From assembly GCA_016191105.1 (NCBI GenBank), contig JACPPH010000008.1:2667-66666 (forward strand): a DNA stretch of 64,000 bases, read 5' to 3'. The notes below the pieces were generated by a model. The model did not search any database and was not told where the DNA came from. It saw nothing but the letters and a program-made list of their open reading frames with translations. Position numbers and translations under genes: made by a program. How positions within the stretch are numbered: the first letter of the stretch is position 1; every line of letters begins with the position of its first letter. Shown piece after piece: positions 48,408-58,681 of this stretch. This stretch comes from Candidatus Saccharimonadota bacterium (GTDB taxonomy: Bacteria; Patescibacteriota; Saccharimonadia; CAILAD01; BJGX01).

Positions 48408-49322
48408 ATGGCAAAATCCAAACACCCAAGCGTATTCGTAGTTACACCAATCTTCAATCGCAAAGAACACACCCTGGCGTTTCTAAAAACACTTTTTGAA
48501 AACGACTACCCCAACTTTACAATGGTTATTGTAGACGATGGTTCGACCGACGGCAGTTCTGAGGCCATTAAGGCTAAATTCCCTAAAACTACCATACTAA
48601 AAGGCACGGGCAGTCTGTATTGGACAGGCTGTACAAATCTTGGTGTTGACTATGCTTTAAAACACGGCGCGGACTACATAATAACCGTGAATAACGATGT
48701 TGAGTTAAGATCAAGCTGGATATCAGAGCTGGTTGAGTGTGCCCAAAAGAACCCCAAGGCCTTAGTTGGCTCACTAATTTACTTTATGAACGACCGAAAA
48801 AGGGTTTGGTACTTTGGTGCTGATTTTAACTATGAAACTGGTGAGCTTTATCATAAAGAGGATGAGCCAAAGAGCAAGCGGCCAATAGAGTCTAAGTGGC
48901 TCACCGGCATGGGCGTGTTAATACCGGCCGGTGCTTTTAAAGATGTAGGCCATTACGATATCGAAAAGTTCCCGCAGTATTTTGCCGATGCCGACTTCTC
49001 ACTTCGAGCCGCCAAAAAAGGTTATAAACTTTTGGTAACACCCAAGGCTGTTCTATACAATGACAGTAAGTCTGACAGTGGCGGAAAACTTATGGCTCAG
49101 TATAAGCTCAGAGCTGTGCCAAAATTACTCTTTACCCCATATTTTAGTGATAGCATAAAAGTTCGCAAAGAGTTCTATAGGCGATATTTTGGTGAAGATT
49201 ACAAAAAAATATATAGACACTACTATAGACATCGTTGGGCACAATTTTATGGCCCCTATGTAAGGCACTGCGTTAGACTTAAGTTGGTTAGAATAGCGAA
49301 ATGGCTGGGAGTAAAAAAATGA
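48408..49322 (+). CDS. Family 2 glycosyltransferase
   Basis: VVTPIFNRKEHTLAFL...MVIVDDGSTDGS GT2 signature. Confidence 0.8.
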   Translation: MAKSKHPSVFVVTPIFNRKEHTLAFLKTLFENDYPNFTMVIVDDGSTDGSSEAIKAKFPKTTILKGTGSLYWTGCTNLGVDYALKHGADYIITVNNDVELRSSWISELVECAQKNPKALVGSLIYFMNDRKRVWYFGADFNYETGELYHKEDEPKSKRPIESKWLTGMGVLIPAGAFKDVGHYDIEKFPQYFADADFSLRAAKKGYKLLVTPKAVLYNDSKSDSGGKLMAQYKLRAVPKLLFTPYFSDSIKVRKEFYRRYFGEDYKKIYRHYYRHRWAQFYGPYVRHCVRLKLVRIAKWLGVKK

Positions 49323-50521
49323 AAATAGGCATAGATTTAAGACCGCTTAGTCTAGGCAACAAATATCGTGGCATTGGAATGTATATTAGTCGTTTGGTAC
49401 ATCAATTGTCGGCTATTGATCATACTAACGACTATGTTTTATTTGTGAATGATAAAGATATTATCGAACCGCTTGGTCTCGACCCGAAGTTTAAATTTAC
49501 GACAGTTATCGCCCCCAACAACTACATGCAAAACATTAAATATTTAAGGGCTTTTGTGGTTAAGACGCCGAAACTTAACATATCAAAAAGCAATATCGAT
49601 GTGTTCTTCCAAACCGATGTTTCATTTAGAATCCAGGCCGGCTCAATACCAGTAGTGGCTGTGCTATACGACTTAATCCCATTGCTCTACAAAGACAAAT
49701 ACTTAAAGCCTGAACTGTCAGGATTTAGGCCGGGTAGCTTGTTGGAATATTATAGAAGACTAAGACTTAGAAAGCTGTATTTCAAGAACTTAGAATACTA
49801 TTACAAAGCCACTAAGATAGTAAGTATTTCTAATGCATCTAAAAGGGACTTAATAAAGTTTGACGGTCGTATTAAGCCCACCAAGGTGTCAACCATATAT
49901 CTAGCTGCTGACTCGCTGCCTAAACAAGATCCTGCCACAAAGACGCTTCTAAAAAAAGCCAACGTTGCCAAAAAGTTTTTGCTATATGTCGGCGGGGCCG
50001 ACTACAGAAAGGGTGTCAACACAGTTATACCCGAGCTTAATAAACTCTTAACAGAAAATGACCTTAATTTACTTCTTGTGGGCAACGAGTTTGTGCATAC
50101 GGAGCTTAAAGAAACAAGAGCAGTTCTCGGTAATATCAAAAAACTAACAAATCCAAATAGCGTTAAACGCATTGGGTTTGTTAGTGATGCACAGCTAAAC
50201 TGGCTTTACCACCACGCCGAAGCCTTTCTGTTTCCAAGCCAGTACGAGGGTTTTGGCCTGCCAATATTAGAAGCTATGCAGGCTGGCTGTCCGGTAATTG
50301 CTTACAACAACTCCTCAATACCAGAGGTGGCGGGTAGCGCCACAATTCTGGCCGAAAACAATAAGGAGTTTGTGGATGGCGTAACGAGAGTATTGAAAGA
50401 CGCTGCGTTTCGCCGCCAGTTAATTGCCCAAGGCCACGAGCAAGTTAAAAAGTTTAGCTGGCAAAATACAGCCCGCCAGACCCTCCAAGTACTTGAATCT
50501 GTCGGTAGGCATCGGTCATAA
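49319..50521 (+). CDS. Family 4 glycosyltransferase (ORF begins at 49301)
   Basis: EGFGLPILEAMQAGCPVIAYNNSSIPEVAGSA. GGGAG RBS before the ATG at 49319. Confidence 0.8.
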   Translation: MKIGIDLRPLSLGNKYRGIGMYISRLVHQLSAIDHTNDYVLFVNDKDIIEPLGLDPKFKFTTVIAPNNYMQNIKYLRAFVVKTPKLNISKSNIDVFFQTDVSFRIQAGSIPVVAVLYDLIPLLYKDKYLKPELSGFRPGSLLEYYRRLRLRKLYFKNLEYYYKATKIVSISNASKRDLIKFDGRIKPTKVSTIYLAADSLPKQDPATKTLLKKANVAKKFLLYVGGADYRKGVNTVIPELNKLLTENDLNLLLVGNEFVHTELKETRAVLGNIKKLTNPNSVKRIGFVSDAQLNWLYHHAEAFLFPSQYEGFGLPILEAMQAGCPVIAYNNSSIPEVAGSATILAENNKEFVDGVTRVLKDAAFRRQLIAQGHEQVKKFSWQNTARQTLQVLESVGRHRS

Positions 50522-50531
50522 TGGGTGAGCT

Positions 50532-51683
50532 ATGAAAATATTTTTTGAGGCAACCCCAACTTTTAACAACAAGCGAGTGCCTGCAGCAGGCATAGCACAC
50601 TACATTTTTCATATTTACCAAGGCATGAAGCAGTATGACAAGGCTAACGACTATATTGTTTTTGGCCTCTACTTCTTAACTCGATCAACCGAGTTCAAAG
50701 AGCTCTACCCAAAAGACACACGCTTTAAGTTAATAAGGTACGTGCCAGCTAAGATTTTTAATCTCGCCAATCGTCGGGCTATTTTACCCCCTATAGAGCT
50801 TATGACTGCGGCTAAAGCCGATGTATACTTATTTACTCACTTTCGCCGCTTTCCAACGCTGTCAGGTGCTAAGACAGCAACAATTATTTACGATACAGGC
50901 TATCATTATTACCCCGAGACAATTAACAAAAAAAATCTTAAATATCTTGAGCGCCGCGTACCCCAAACAGTCAAAAAATCTGACCTTATAATCACTATTT
51001 CCGAAGCCGCCAAGCAAGACATTGTAAAGATATATGGTGCCAATCCAGAAAAGGTGGTAGTTGCGACATGCGGCATAGATACCAACAAGTTTAAGCCGGG
51101 TAAATTGAGTGAGTCGGTGCGCAAAAAATATGGGCTTCCTGCTAAGTACTTGTTATTCGTAGGAAGCATTGAGCCTCGTAAAAACATTGAACGCTTGGTG
51201 CAAGCCTATAATTCATTGCCGGCAAAACTGCAAAAAGAATATGCGCTTGTGTTGGCTGGCGGCAAGGGCTGGAACGACGAAGGCATTCATAATGCTATTA
51301 AGTCGGTTAAAGAGCCCGGCAGGGTAGTGGTGACTGGCTATGTCGATGAGGATGACATAGAGCAACTATACCGGGGCGCTACACTCTATACCTTTCCAAG
51401 TCTTTATGAGGGCTTTGGCATGTCTATACTTGAAGCCATGGCCTGTGACGTGCCGGTGTTAACAGCTAACAACTCGTCGCTGCCAGAAGTTGGTGGCGAT
51501 GCGGCGCTGTATGCCAATGAGAAAGATGTAAAAGACATTGCTAGCAAGATTGAGTTTGCTCTAACGCATCAAAAAGAAATGCAGGCTCTTGTGCAAAAGG
51601 GTAGAGAGCAGATTAAAAAATTCAGTTGGGACAAATCAGCACAAGTGATAGTTGATAGCTTGAACAAACTCTCCAAGCGGTAG
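50532..51683 (+). CDS. Family 4 glycosyltransferase
   Basis: EGFGMSILEAMACDVPVLTANNSSLPEVGGDA. Confidence 0.8.
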   Translation: MKIFFEATPTFNNKRVPAAGIAHYIFHIYQGMKQYDKANDYIVFGLYFLTRSTEFKELYPKDTRFKLIRYVPAKIFNLANRRAILPPIELMTAAKADVYLFTHFRRFPTLSGAKTATIIYDTGYHYYPETINKKNLKYLERRVPQTVKKSDLIITISEAAKQDIVKIYGANPEKVVVATCGIDTNKFKPGKLSESVRKKYGLPAKYLLFVGSIEPRKNIERLVQAYNSLPAKLQKEYALVLAGGKGWNDEGIHNAIKSVKEPGRVVVTGYVDEDDIEQLYRGATLYTFPSLYEGFGMSILEAMACDVPVLTANNSSLPEVGGDAALYANEKDVKDIASKIEFALTHQKEMQALVQKGREQIKKFSWDKSAQVIVDSLNKLSKR

Positions 51684-51695
51684 TTTCAACTAAAG

Positions 51696-52700
51696 CTATT
51701 TGACCGCCTTGCCAATAATTTTGCTTTCAGTTTGCTGTAAGTCTGAGTTAACCATCATCTTAACTAACTCTTCAAAACCGACTTTTGGTTTCCAGCCAAG
51801 CTTTTTCTTTGCTTTTTCAGGGCTGCCAATTAGCAGCTCAACTTCGGCCGGCCGCATAAAGCGCGGATCTTGCTTAACATATGGTTTCCAATTGTTAATA
51901 CCAACCTCTTTGAAGGCTACTGTGAGGAACTCTTTTATCGAATGGGTTTCTCCGGTTGCCAGGACGTAATCATCTGGCTTTTTCTGCTGCATCATGAGCC
52001 ACATACCTTCAACGTAATCTCCTGCAAAACCCCAATCTCGCTTTGAGTCTAAATTCCCAAGTGTTATTTCCTTTTGCAGGCCAAGCTTTATTCTTGCAAC
52101 CGAGTTAGTTATTTTGCGGGTTACAAACTCTAGCCCACGACGTGGCGACTCATGGTTAAAGAGTATGCCGCAGCTGGCATGTAGATTGTAGCTTTCTCTG
52201 TAATTTATAGTCATGTAGTGGGCATAAGCTTTCGCGACGCCATAAGGGCTGCGAGGGTGGAAGGGCGTCTCTTCGGTTTGGGGCACTTCGCGAACTTTGC
52301 CAAACAGCTCACTTGTTGATGCCTGATAATAACGAATTTTTCCTTTGCCACCATCCACTATTCTGATGGCCTCTAATAGACGAAGGGCTCCTAGTCCTGT
52401 AATATTTCCGGTCACCTCGGGCTGTTTAAAAGAAAATGCTACAAAACTAATTGCGCCCAGATTGTACACTTCGTCTGGTTGGCAGTATTCAACCGCCGAA
52501 ACTAAAGAGCTCATATCTCCCAGATCCCCCTCGAGTAGCTCAATCTCAGGCAATAGCTCCTCTATCATGGCTTGCTTGGGGTTATTCTGGCCCCGGATTA
52601 GACCGTATACCTTGTAGCCCTTTTTTACTAGCAACTCAGCCAAGTAGGTTCCATCCTGACCAGTAATGCCCGTGATTAGTGCTCGTTTTGCTTGTGCCAT
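51696..52700 (-). CDS. gmd: GDP-mannose 4,6-dehydratase
   Basis: ALITGITGQDGTYLAELLVKKGYKVYG and full-length Gmd similarity. Confidence 0.93.
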   Translation of the reverse strand: MAQAKRALITGITGQDGTYLAELLVKKGYKVYGLIRGQNNPKQAMIEELLPEIELLEGDLGDMSSLVSAVEYCQPDEVYNLGAISFVAFSFKQPEVTGNITGLGALRLLEAIRIVDGGKGKIRYYQASTSELFGKVREVPQTEETPFHPRSPYGVAKAYAHYMTINYRESYNLHASCGILFNHESPRRGLEFVTRKITNSVARIKLGLQKEITLGNLDSKRDWGFAGDYVEGMWLMMQQKKPDDYVLATGETHSIKEFLTVAFKEVGINNWKPYVKQDPRFMRPAEVELLIGSPEKAKKKLGWKPKVGFEELVKMMVNSDLQQTESKIIGKAVK

Positions 52701-52754
52701 TTTGAATCCTCCATTATTGAAAAACTGTAAGCTAAGATATAATTATACTATCAC

Positions 52755-53861
52755 ATGAACAGCAGCAAACCAGTTAAAGTTGAATTTATATGCGGCTCGT
52801 ATCCGCCAATTAAAGATGGGGTGGGCTATTATATGCAACGGCTTAGCCAGCATCTAAAAGTAGACCACAAGATAATAACCTCTGTAGGTGCAGAGAAAAC
52901 GGCTATTACCGAACCGTTTGTAGGTAATTGGCGACAGGGCGTGGCCAAGAAAATAGCTATGCAGGTAAAAAAGGACCAGGCAAACCTTATCCACATGCAG
53001 TATTCATCGGTTAAATTTGGCCGCACCTTGGGCTCAACTCTGATACCCAAAGAGGTGTCCAAGCAGCTTAAACTGCCAGTTGTTGTTACTTCACATGAGT
53101 ATCACGATGCCAGTTGGCTTGGCCGAAAGCGAGTTGAGGTTTTAATAAAACCAGTTGAGGATGTAATAGTTTCTAACCAAGCTGATTACAAGGTGCTTTC
53201 AAGACGATTTCCACGCAAGAATTTCTATGTAGTGCCAATTGGCAGCAATATTGAGGTGGCTAAGTTTAGCGATGGCCAGCTAAATGACTTAAAATCTAAG
53301 TATAATCCTGGCCACAAAAAGTTAATTCTTACCTGGGGCCTGCTCGATCAGAACAAAGGGGTAGATAAGTTAGTCGAGGCCGTGTCCAGGGTTGGCTCAA
53401 GCGCTAAGCTATTAATTTCGTCTGGCTACAATCCAAAAGACCAATATCATAAAGAACTAAACAAGCAAATTGCTCATACCAGTGCCGATATTGATTGGCT
53501 GGGGTACTTGAGCGATAGCGAGATCTCGGGGTTGCTTCAGATATGCGATATTGTGGCCCTGCCCTTTAACCAGCCAGTTAGTTTGCGACGGGGCAGTGTA
53601 CTGGCCGCTCTAGCTCATGGCAAGCCAGTGATTACAACCGGCCCTAGCCAAGACAAATTACTTCAAGACAGAAAAAACTGTTACTTATTGGCCAATAACA
53701 AGCCTTACACAATTGAGCTAGCTATTAACGATTTGTTGAATGACCCAAAATTGTCTAAACTATTAGCAAGCGGTGCCCATGAGCTGGCGGCGCATTTTGA
53801 CTGGAACAATATAGCCAAGCTACATGAATCAATTTATAAACAAATTTTATCTCGACGCTAG
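52755..53861 (+). CDS. Family 4 glycosyltransferase
   Basis: GT-B group 1 architecture with an N-terminal GSYPPIKDGVG motif. Confidence 0.7.
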   Translation: MNSSKPVKVEFICGSYPPIKDGVGYYMQRLSQHLKVDHKIITSVGAEKTAITEPFVGNWRQGVAKKIAMQVKKDQANLIHMQYSSVKFGRTLGSTLIPKEVSKQLKLPVVVTSHEYHDASWLGRKRVEVLIKPVEDVIVSNQADYKVLSRRFPRKNFYVVPIGSNIEVAKFSDGQLNDLKSKYNPGHKKLILTWGLLDQNKGVDKLVEAVSRVGSSAKLLISSGYNPKDQYHKELNKQIAHTSADIDWLGYLSDSEISGLLQICDIVALPFNQPVSLRRGSVLAALAHGKPVITTGPSQDKLLQDRKNCYLLANNKPYTIELAINDLLNDPKLSKLLASGAHELAAHFDWNNIAKLHESIYKQILSRR

Positions 53862-55137
53862 GAAACACCCCGATAAGTACTTGTTAGCGCTGTTAGCATT
53901 TCTTTTGCCATTTGAGCGCATACCATCATTTTCATTTGCTGGGGTTACTCTAAGACCTAGCTTGTTTATTGGCGGTTTAATCATTTTGCGGGCAATTTGG
54001 TTCGTTATGAAATTCAAAAAGTTTAAGCCAAATAGTCTGATGGTGCCACTAGCGCTGTTTGTGCTTTGGCTGTTTATTTTAATCCCAGGCTCTATCAACC
54101 ATATGCGGGCCACCCAAGTGTTTATATTTACTCTATACACCTCTGCGCTGGCAGTGTCGGTTGGCATTATCTACCAAAAACAGTACCTAGCTGCAATAAT
54201 AAAAGGCTTGTTTGCGGGTGCAGCCGCGACATCGCTGTTTGCTATCTTTCAATATTTTGGTGATCTCTATGGCCTGCCCCAAACGGTTACTGGGTTGGCT
54301 ACCCGCTACAAATGGAACCTGTTTGGCTATGCCAGACCTCAAGCAACGGCGTTAGAGCCGCTCTATTTTGCTTCTTATCTGTTGCTGCCCATAGCAGTAG
54401 TTGTTTCGATATTGCTGTTTGGCAGTTATAAAAAATCGCGATTACTTTGGGGTTTGCTGTTTTTGTTTTCCTTGCCATTATTTCTAACTGTGTCGCGCGG
54501 TGGGCTACTTGGGTATATCGGATTGGCACTAACCCTCGTGGTTATATATGCATGCATGCCAAAACACCGTTCTGGTAAGATCTGGCCAACCCTTGCTATT
54601 ATGTTGGGTGCCTATTTGTGCTCGATCTTAATAATTACTGTTTTTCACAAGCCCATAGAAGACACCCAGAGCAAAAATACTGGTTCTGGCTCATATGTAA
54701 GCCATGTTACTGATATCAACGAGAACTCCGACTCACGGGCCATGAGCCGCGCACTTGCGATAGATTTAATAAAGAAATACCCGATTATGGGAATTGGGCC
54801 AGGTCAATTTGGACCCGCTACAAATAATAACCAACAAGCCTACTTTGGTTGGCCAATTGTCAACAATGAGCCGCTAGAGCTTCTGGCCGAAACCGGAGTG
54901 GTGGGATTTGCACTGTTGCTGAGTTTTTTTGGAGCCCTGGTTTGGGCGGCAGTGCGAATATTGCAAACTAAAAAGTGGCAGCCCGAACACATAGTGGTGT
55001 TGGCTTTGTTGGGTTACCTGACAGCCCAAGCTATTCAATATCAGACATTCTCAACTCTCTACGTAATTCAGCTCTGGTTTGCGGTAGGGTTGCTGCTGGG
55101 TGTTGTTGGGTTTAAAGCCAAAACCAACGAAAAATAA
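53824..55137 (+). CDS. O-antigen ligase/polymerase-like polytopic membrane protein (Wzy/WaaL family)
   Basis: About 10-12 TM with a large loop before the last helices, typical of the O-antigen ligase domain family. Confidence 0.6.
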   Translation: MNQFINKFYLDARKHPDKYLLALLAFLLPFERIPSFSFAGVTLRPSLFIGGLIILRAIWFVMKFKKFKPNSLMVPLALFVLWLFILIPGSINHMRATQVFIFTLYTSALAVSVGIIYQKQYLAAIIKGLFAGAAATSLFAIFQYFGDLYGLPQTVTGLATRYKWNLFGYARPQATALEPLYFASYLLLPIAVVVSILLFGSYKKSRLLWGLLFLFSLPLFLTVSRGGLLGYIGLALTLVVIYACMPKHRSGKIWPTLAIMLGAYLCSILIITVFHKPIEDTQSKNTGSGSYVSHVTDINENSDSRAMSRALAIDLIKKYPIMGIGPGQFGPATNNNQQAYFGWPIVNNEPLELLAETGVVGFALLLSFFGALVWAAVRILQTKKWQPEHIVVLALLGYLTAQAIQYQTFSTLYVIQLWFAVGLLLGVVGFKAKTNEK

Positions 55138-55146
55138 TTGCGGGTT

Positions 55147-55179
55147 AGTGGCGATCCTAATGAGCTTAGGATCGCCACT
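55147..55179. terminator. Bidirectional terminator, perfect 14-bp stem
   Basis: AGTGGCGATCCTAA-tgagc-TTAGGATCGCCACT lies between two convergent genes. Confidence 0.7.
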
Positions 55180-55198
55180 TCACCCTCCTGTGAGCTAG

Positions 55199-56299
55199 CT
55201 AGCGGCCGAGCCAGTTGTCGGGGGCGTAGGCCCAACCGAGGTAGGGATTGCTCAGATACCCCACCACCGGGTGTTGCCGTACAGGCAGCCGATCTCCATC
55301 GAATCCTTGAGTAGAGATTGCCTGGCCATTGCCTAACGAAACACCATTGTGACCGTAGCCGCCTGCGCCGCTATAGAACACAATCGCGCCAGGTGGGGGA
55401 TTGGTGTCGGTGCGGATTCGACCAGCATTTAGCTGGGCGTAGTAGTTGGCCATGGCGCTGGCATACTGTCGACCCGCTCCTCGTCCGCCCAGCGCAACTT
55501 CTACGAACATCTCGCAGATTCCCGACCAAGGTCGGGCGAACTCATTGCTCCAGGTTGGGTCTGGCGAATTCTTCTCGGCCGTGGCCCAGTCAACGGCACG
55601 TTGTTCACGGCCGCCGATAGTTGGCGCGCAGCTGGTTGCAGCTCGAACTCCACCTGCCGAATCCCACATGATCGAGCCACCCTGGAAGTCTTGACGAGTG
55701 CCCGCGCAGTAGCCGTACTCATCGCTGATTGGCCACTGTAGGTAACCACCGGCATCACCATTGGCGTAGTACCAGCTCAAGAAGCCGCTGCGCACCCCCT
55801 GAACCCGCTTGACTGCATCGCCACGGGCGATTACTGCATAGCCCATGGAACCGCCATTGAAGTCCTGAGCCCAGCCGGTGTTGTTGCCCCAGCGGTGAGA
55901 TTCCATGACCGGATAGCCAATCTCAGCTGAGCCTTTGGTTCTGGCGTAGGCCCATAATTCACCCACAACGTTGTAGGCGGTGCCACTGCAGCTTGGCTGT
56001 ACGATGGCATTTTCGCCATAGCCTGGGCTTGAAAAGCGCTGCATGCAAGCTGAGCCCCAGCGCTCGACAGCTGCCACGGGCGAGCCCATGACCGAGCCGC
56101 CCTTTACGTTGTAGGCATCTACAAAGGCTTGGGGATTGCTGGCACCTGTTCCGGCCACCAAGGGTTGGATTGTGGTGCTGCTAGGTGTTGGAGTGGGCGA
56201 AATGCCCACCGGCGTTGGCACAGCGCAAGCGGCTGCAATCATACCGAATGTCAATGTAAAGAGTGGCCCAAATAGGGCCACCCTCCGTGCGATACTCAT
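55199..56299 (-). CDS. Secreted LGFP-repeat protein with a C-terminal CHAP/NlpC-P60-like cysteine peptidase domain (high-GC, actinobacterial-type)
   Basis: Signal peptide. About four LGFP-like repeats (IGYP..E..WG...G..QDF.GG...). C-terminal Cys...His module (WSGICEMF...GGYGHNGVSLG). Local GC is far above the window average. Confidence 0.7.
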   Translation of the reverse strand: MSIARRVALFGPLFTLTFGMIAAACAVPTPVGISPTPTPSSTTIQPLVAGTGASNPQAFVDAYNVKGGSVMGSPVAAVERWGSACMQRFSSPGYGENAIVQPSCSGTAYNVVGELWAYARTKGSAEIGYPVMESHRWGNNTGWAQDFNGGSMGYAVIARGDAVKRVQGVRSGFLSWYYANGDAGGYLQWPISDEYGYCAGTRQDFQGGSIMWDSAGGVRAATSCAPTIGGREQRAVDWATAEKNSPDPTWSNEFARPWSGICEMFVEVALGGRGAGRQYASAMANYYAQLNAGRIRTDTNPPPGAIVFYSGAGGYGHNGVSLGNGQAISTQGFDGDRLPVRQHPVVGYLSNPYLGWAYAPDNWLGR

Positions 56300-56523
56300 T
56301 ATTCACCCTCCTGTTGTAGTACTCCAACAAGTATCGGTATTTACAATATCGCAAGCCCAACGCTAGTTGCAAGCATGGAGCGGCATCATGCCACTACATG
56401 CTTGATCATAGGGTATAATAGTTGGCGTGTGATATTGTTGGAACTAGTAGTGATGTTTCTTACTAAAAGGGTCTGGATAAATATTTATGAAATACAAGCT
56501 AAGTAATAGCAACCTTTAACGCC

Positions 56524-57654
56524 ATGCGAATACTTATAGATGCCCGATGGATCAAGCAAACTGGTATTGGCCGCTATATTGAGCAAACCGTCGAGCAAAT
56601 TCTACAACTCGATAAGTCCAACCGCTATATTTTACTTGTTCGGCCACAAGACCGTGCAAAACTTAAACTACAAGCACCCAATCTAGAATACCTAGAATCC
56701 AACGAGCCGTGGTTTACCTTTCGAGAGCAGACGACTTTTTTACGTCGTATTAACTTGGCCAAGCCAGACTTAGTGCACTTTACTAACTTTGATTTCCCAA
56801 TTCTCTATCGCGGCCCTTTCGTAATAACTATTCACGACCTCACACTATTGGAATTCAAAAATGTTAATCGGAGCAAAATGCTGCCGGCCTACTACCATGT
56901 TAAAGACGCCGTTATGCGCACTGTTTTGCGCAAAGGCATAGAAAAATCTCAAAAAGTACTGGTACCAACCAACTATGTTAAACAAGGCCTACTTAAGCGC
57001 TACAAATCGTCGGCTCGCAAAATTGTAGTTACCCATGAAGCTGCCGATGCACCCTACCCAAACCCGCGCGTTAATCTAGCCAAGTTTGGTATCGATAAGC
57101 CCTTCTTGTTTTATGTAGGCAATGCTTATCCGCACAAAAACTTAGAGCGCTTGATAATTGCTTTTGGAAAACTAGTTAATAGCTATCGGCTCGACTATCA
57201 ACTTGTAATCGCCGGTCGTAAAGATGCTTTTCACAAGCGGCTAGAGGATGAGGTTGCGCAGGCTAATTTGCAACACCGGGTAATCTTTACCAACTATGTT
57301 GATGATGCTGAGCTGGCCGGCCTGTACAAGAAGGCGGCCCTATATGTGTTTCCGTCACTATCGGAGGGGTTTGGTCTGCCACCACTCGAGGCTTTGGGCT
57401 ATGGCTTGCCAGTAGCCAGCAGCAAGGCCACCTGCTTACCCGAGATATTGGGCAATGCGGCCGCCTACTTTAACCCTAAGAGCCCCAACGACATGGCCAA
57501 GGTTATTTCGAGCCTTTTAGCCGACACAAAGCAACAGCAAGAACTGGTAAAAAAAGGCAAGCAACAATTTAATAAATTTAGTTGGCGGCAAACTGCCCAA
57601 GAAACGCTGGCTGTTTACGAGAGCGTGGAGCGCAAACTCAAGAAGCAGACTTAG
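56524..57654 (+). CDS. Family 4 glycosyltransferase
   Basis: EGFGLPPLEALGYGLPVASSKATCLPEILGNAAAYFNP. Confidence 0.8.
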   Translation: MRILIDARWIKQTGIGRYIEQTVEQILQLDKSNRYILLVRPQDRAKLKLQAPNLEYLESNEPWFTFREQTTFLRRINLAKPDLVHFTNFDFPILYRGPFVITIHDLTLLEFKNVNRSKMLPAYYHVKDAVMRTVLRKGIEKSQKVLVPTNYVKQGLLKRYKSSARKIVVTHEAADAPYPNPRVNLAKFGIDKPFLFYVGNAYPHKNLERLIIAFGKLVNSYRLDYQLVIAGRKDAFHKRLEDEVAQANLQHRVIFTNYVDDAELAGLYKKAALYVFPSLSEGFGLPPLEALGYGLPVASSKATCLPEILGNAAAYFNPKSPNDMAKVISSLLADTKQQQELVKKGKQQFNKFSWRQTAQETLAVYESVERKLKKQT

Positions 57655-58681
57655 AATTAGCTACTAGGTCTTTTACGGACTGCCACATTTCGGGCCGGCC
57701 GTTCTCTTTTAGCCAATACCACCATTCTGCTCCCCATAAGTCAAAGTTTTTAATTTGGCTCTGTCGCCCATAGGCTATGTTTTCGCTAAACTGTCGCGGG
57801 CTCATGGTCTTACTGGCTTCGTTAAAGCTGAGATACTCGTTGCCAACGGGCCCCCAGGCCTCGGCCTGAAGTTCGTGTATTTTAATCTGTTGGCCGGTTA
57901 AAAACTGAATCCAGGCTGCTTTTAGCCAGTTGTAGTTGCCATCTTGCGGATAGCGATAGTAGCCATCGAATAGGCTGCTCCAAACATATCGATACAATGA
58001 AATGCCGAATACATCGGCAAACGGGCCTTTTAGGGGAAAGCCAAATTGGTCGCTCTGAGTAAGTACAATGGGCCGGGTCTTATCTAAGCCGCGAACCAGC
58101 TCCACCTCTCGCTTTAGCTGGCTATTGGTTAAGTTTGCGCCCGGGCAGTTGCCAAAGCTTTTTAGTAGGAACTCATTTTCGACCTGCCAAGCCTCGATAG
58201 TGGGATTGTCTTTGTAGCGGTTTACCACTGCGGCTAGGTAGGGGTCGATTTGCGTTTGAACTTGAGCCGGATCATTCTTGTTGAGCCAACTAGGGTAATA
58301 GCACTCGGGTGAGCGTATTAGCTTCTGGCCAATGTTGAGCGTGACTTTGGCGCCACGTTTTTTGGCCTGTTCGACCATCCAGTCGGTTTGTGAGAAATCA
58401 AACTGGCCCTGGGTAGGTTCAGTGCGATCCCAATAAGCCGCAATCCGCAAGTTTTTAAAATTTAAATCATCGAGTAGAGCCGAGTAGTTGGCTTGCCAGT
58501 CCACGCCGTAGCGTTCGGCCTGGGGTTGGCTAAAACTTACACCAATTACCTCGGGCTTGTTGAGGTTAACCGCCCAATACCAATACATTAGTACAATACT
58601 AATTATGGCCAGAGCATAAACAGCTCCAACCAGAATTATGAATAGGGTTTTGGCCCAATTTTTGAGCTTAGAGACTAACAT
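57638..58681 (-). CDS. Membrane-anchored glycoside hydrolase (TIM-barrel, GH5/GH113-like; candidate mannanase)
   Basis: N-terminal TM. YWDRTEPTQGQFDF...GAKVTL and IEAWQVENEF (NE catalytic-acid-like) motifs typical of clan GH-A enzymes. Confidence 0.55.
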   Translation of the reverse strand: MLVSKLKNWAKTLFIILVGAVYALAIISIVLMYWYWAVNLNKPEVIGVSFSQPQAERYGVDWQANYSALLDDLNFKNLRIAAYWDRTEPTQGQFDFSQTDWMVEQAKKRGAKVTLNIGQKLIRSPECYYPSWLNKNDPAQVQTQIDPYLAAVVNRYKDNPTIEAWQVENEFLLKSFGNCPGANLTNSQLKREVELVRGLDKTRPIVLTQSDQFGFPLKGPFADVFGISLYRYVWSSLFDGYYRYPQDGNYNWLKAAWIQFLTGQQIKIHELQAEAWGPVGNEYLSFNEASKTMSPRQFSENIAYGRQSQIKNFDLWGAEWWYWLKENGRPEMWQSVKDLVANSKSAS

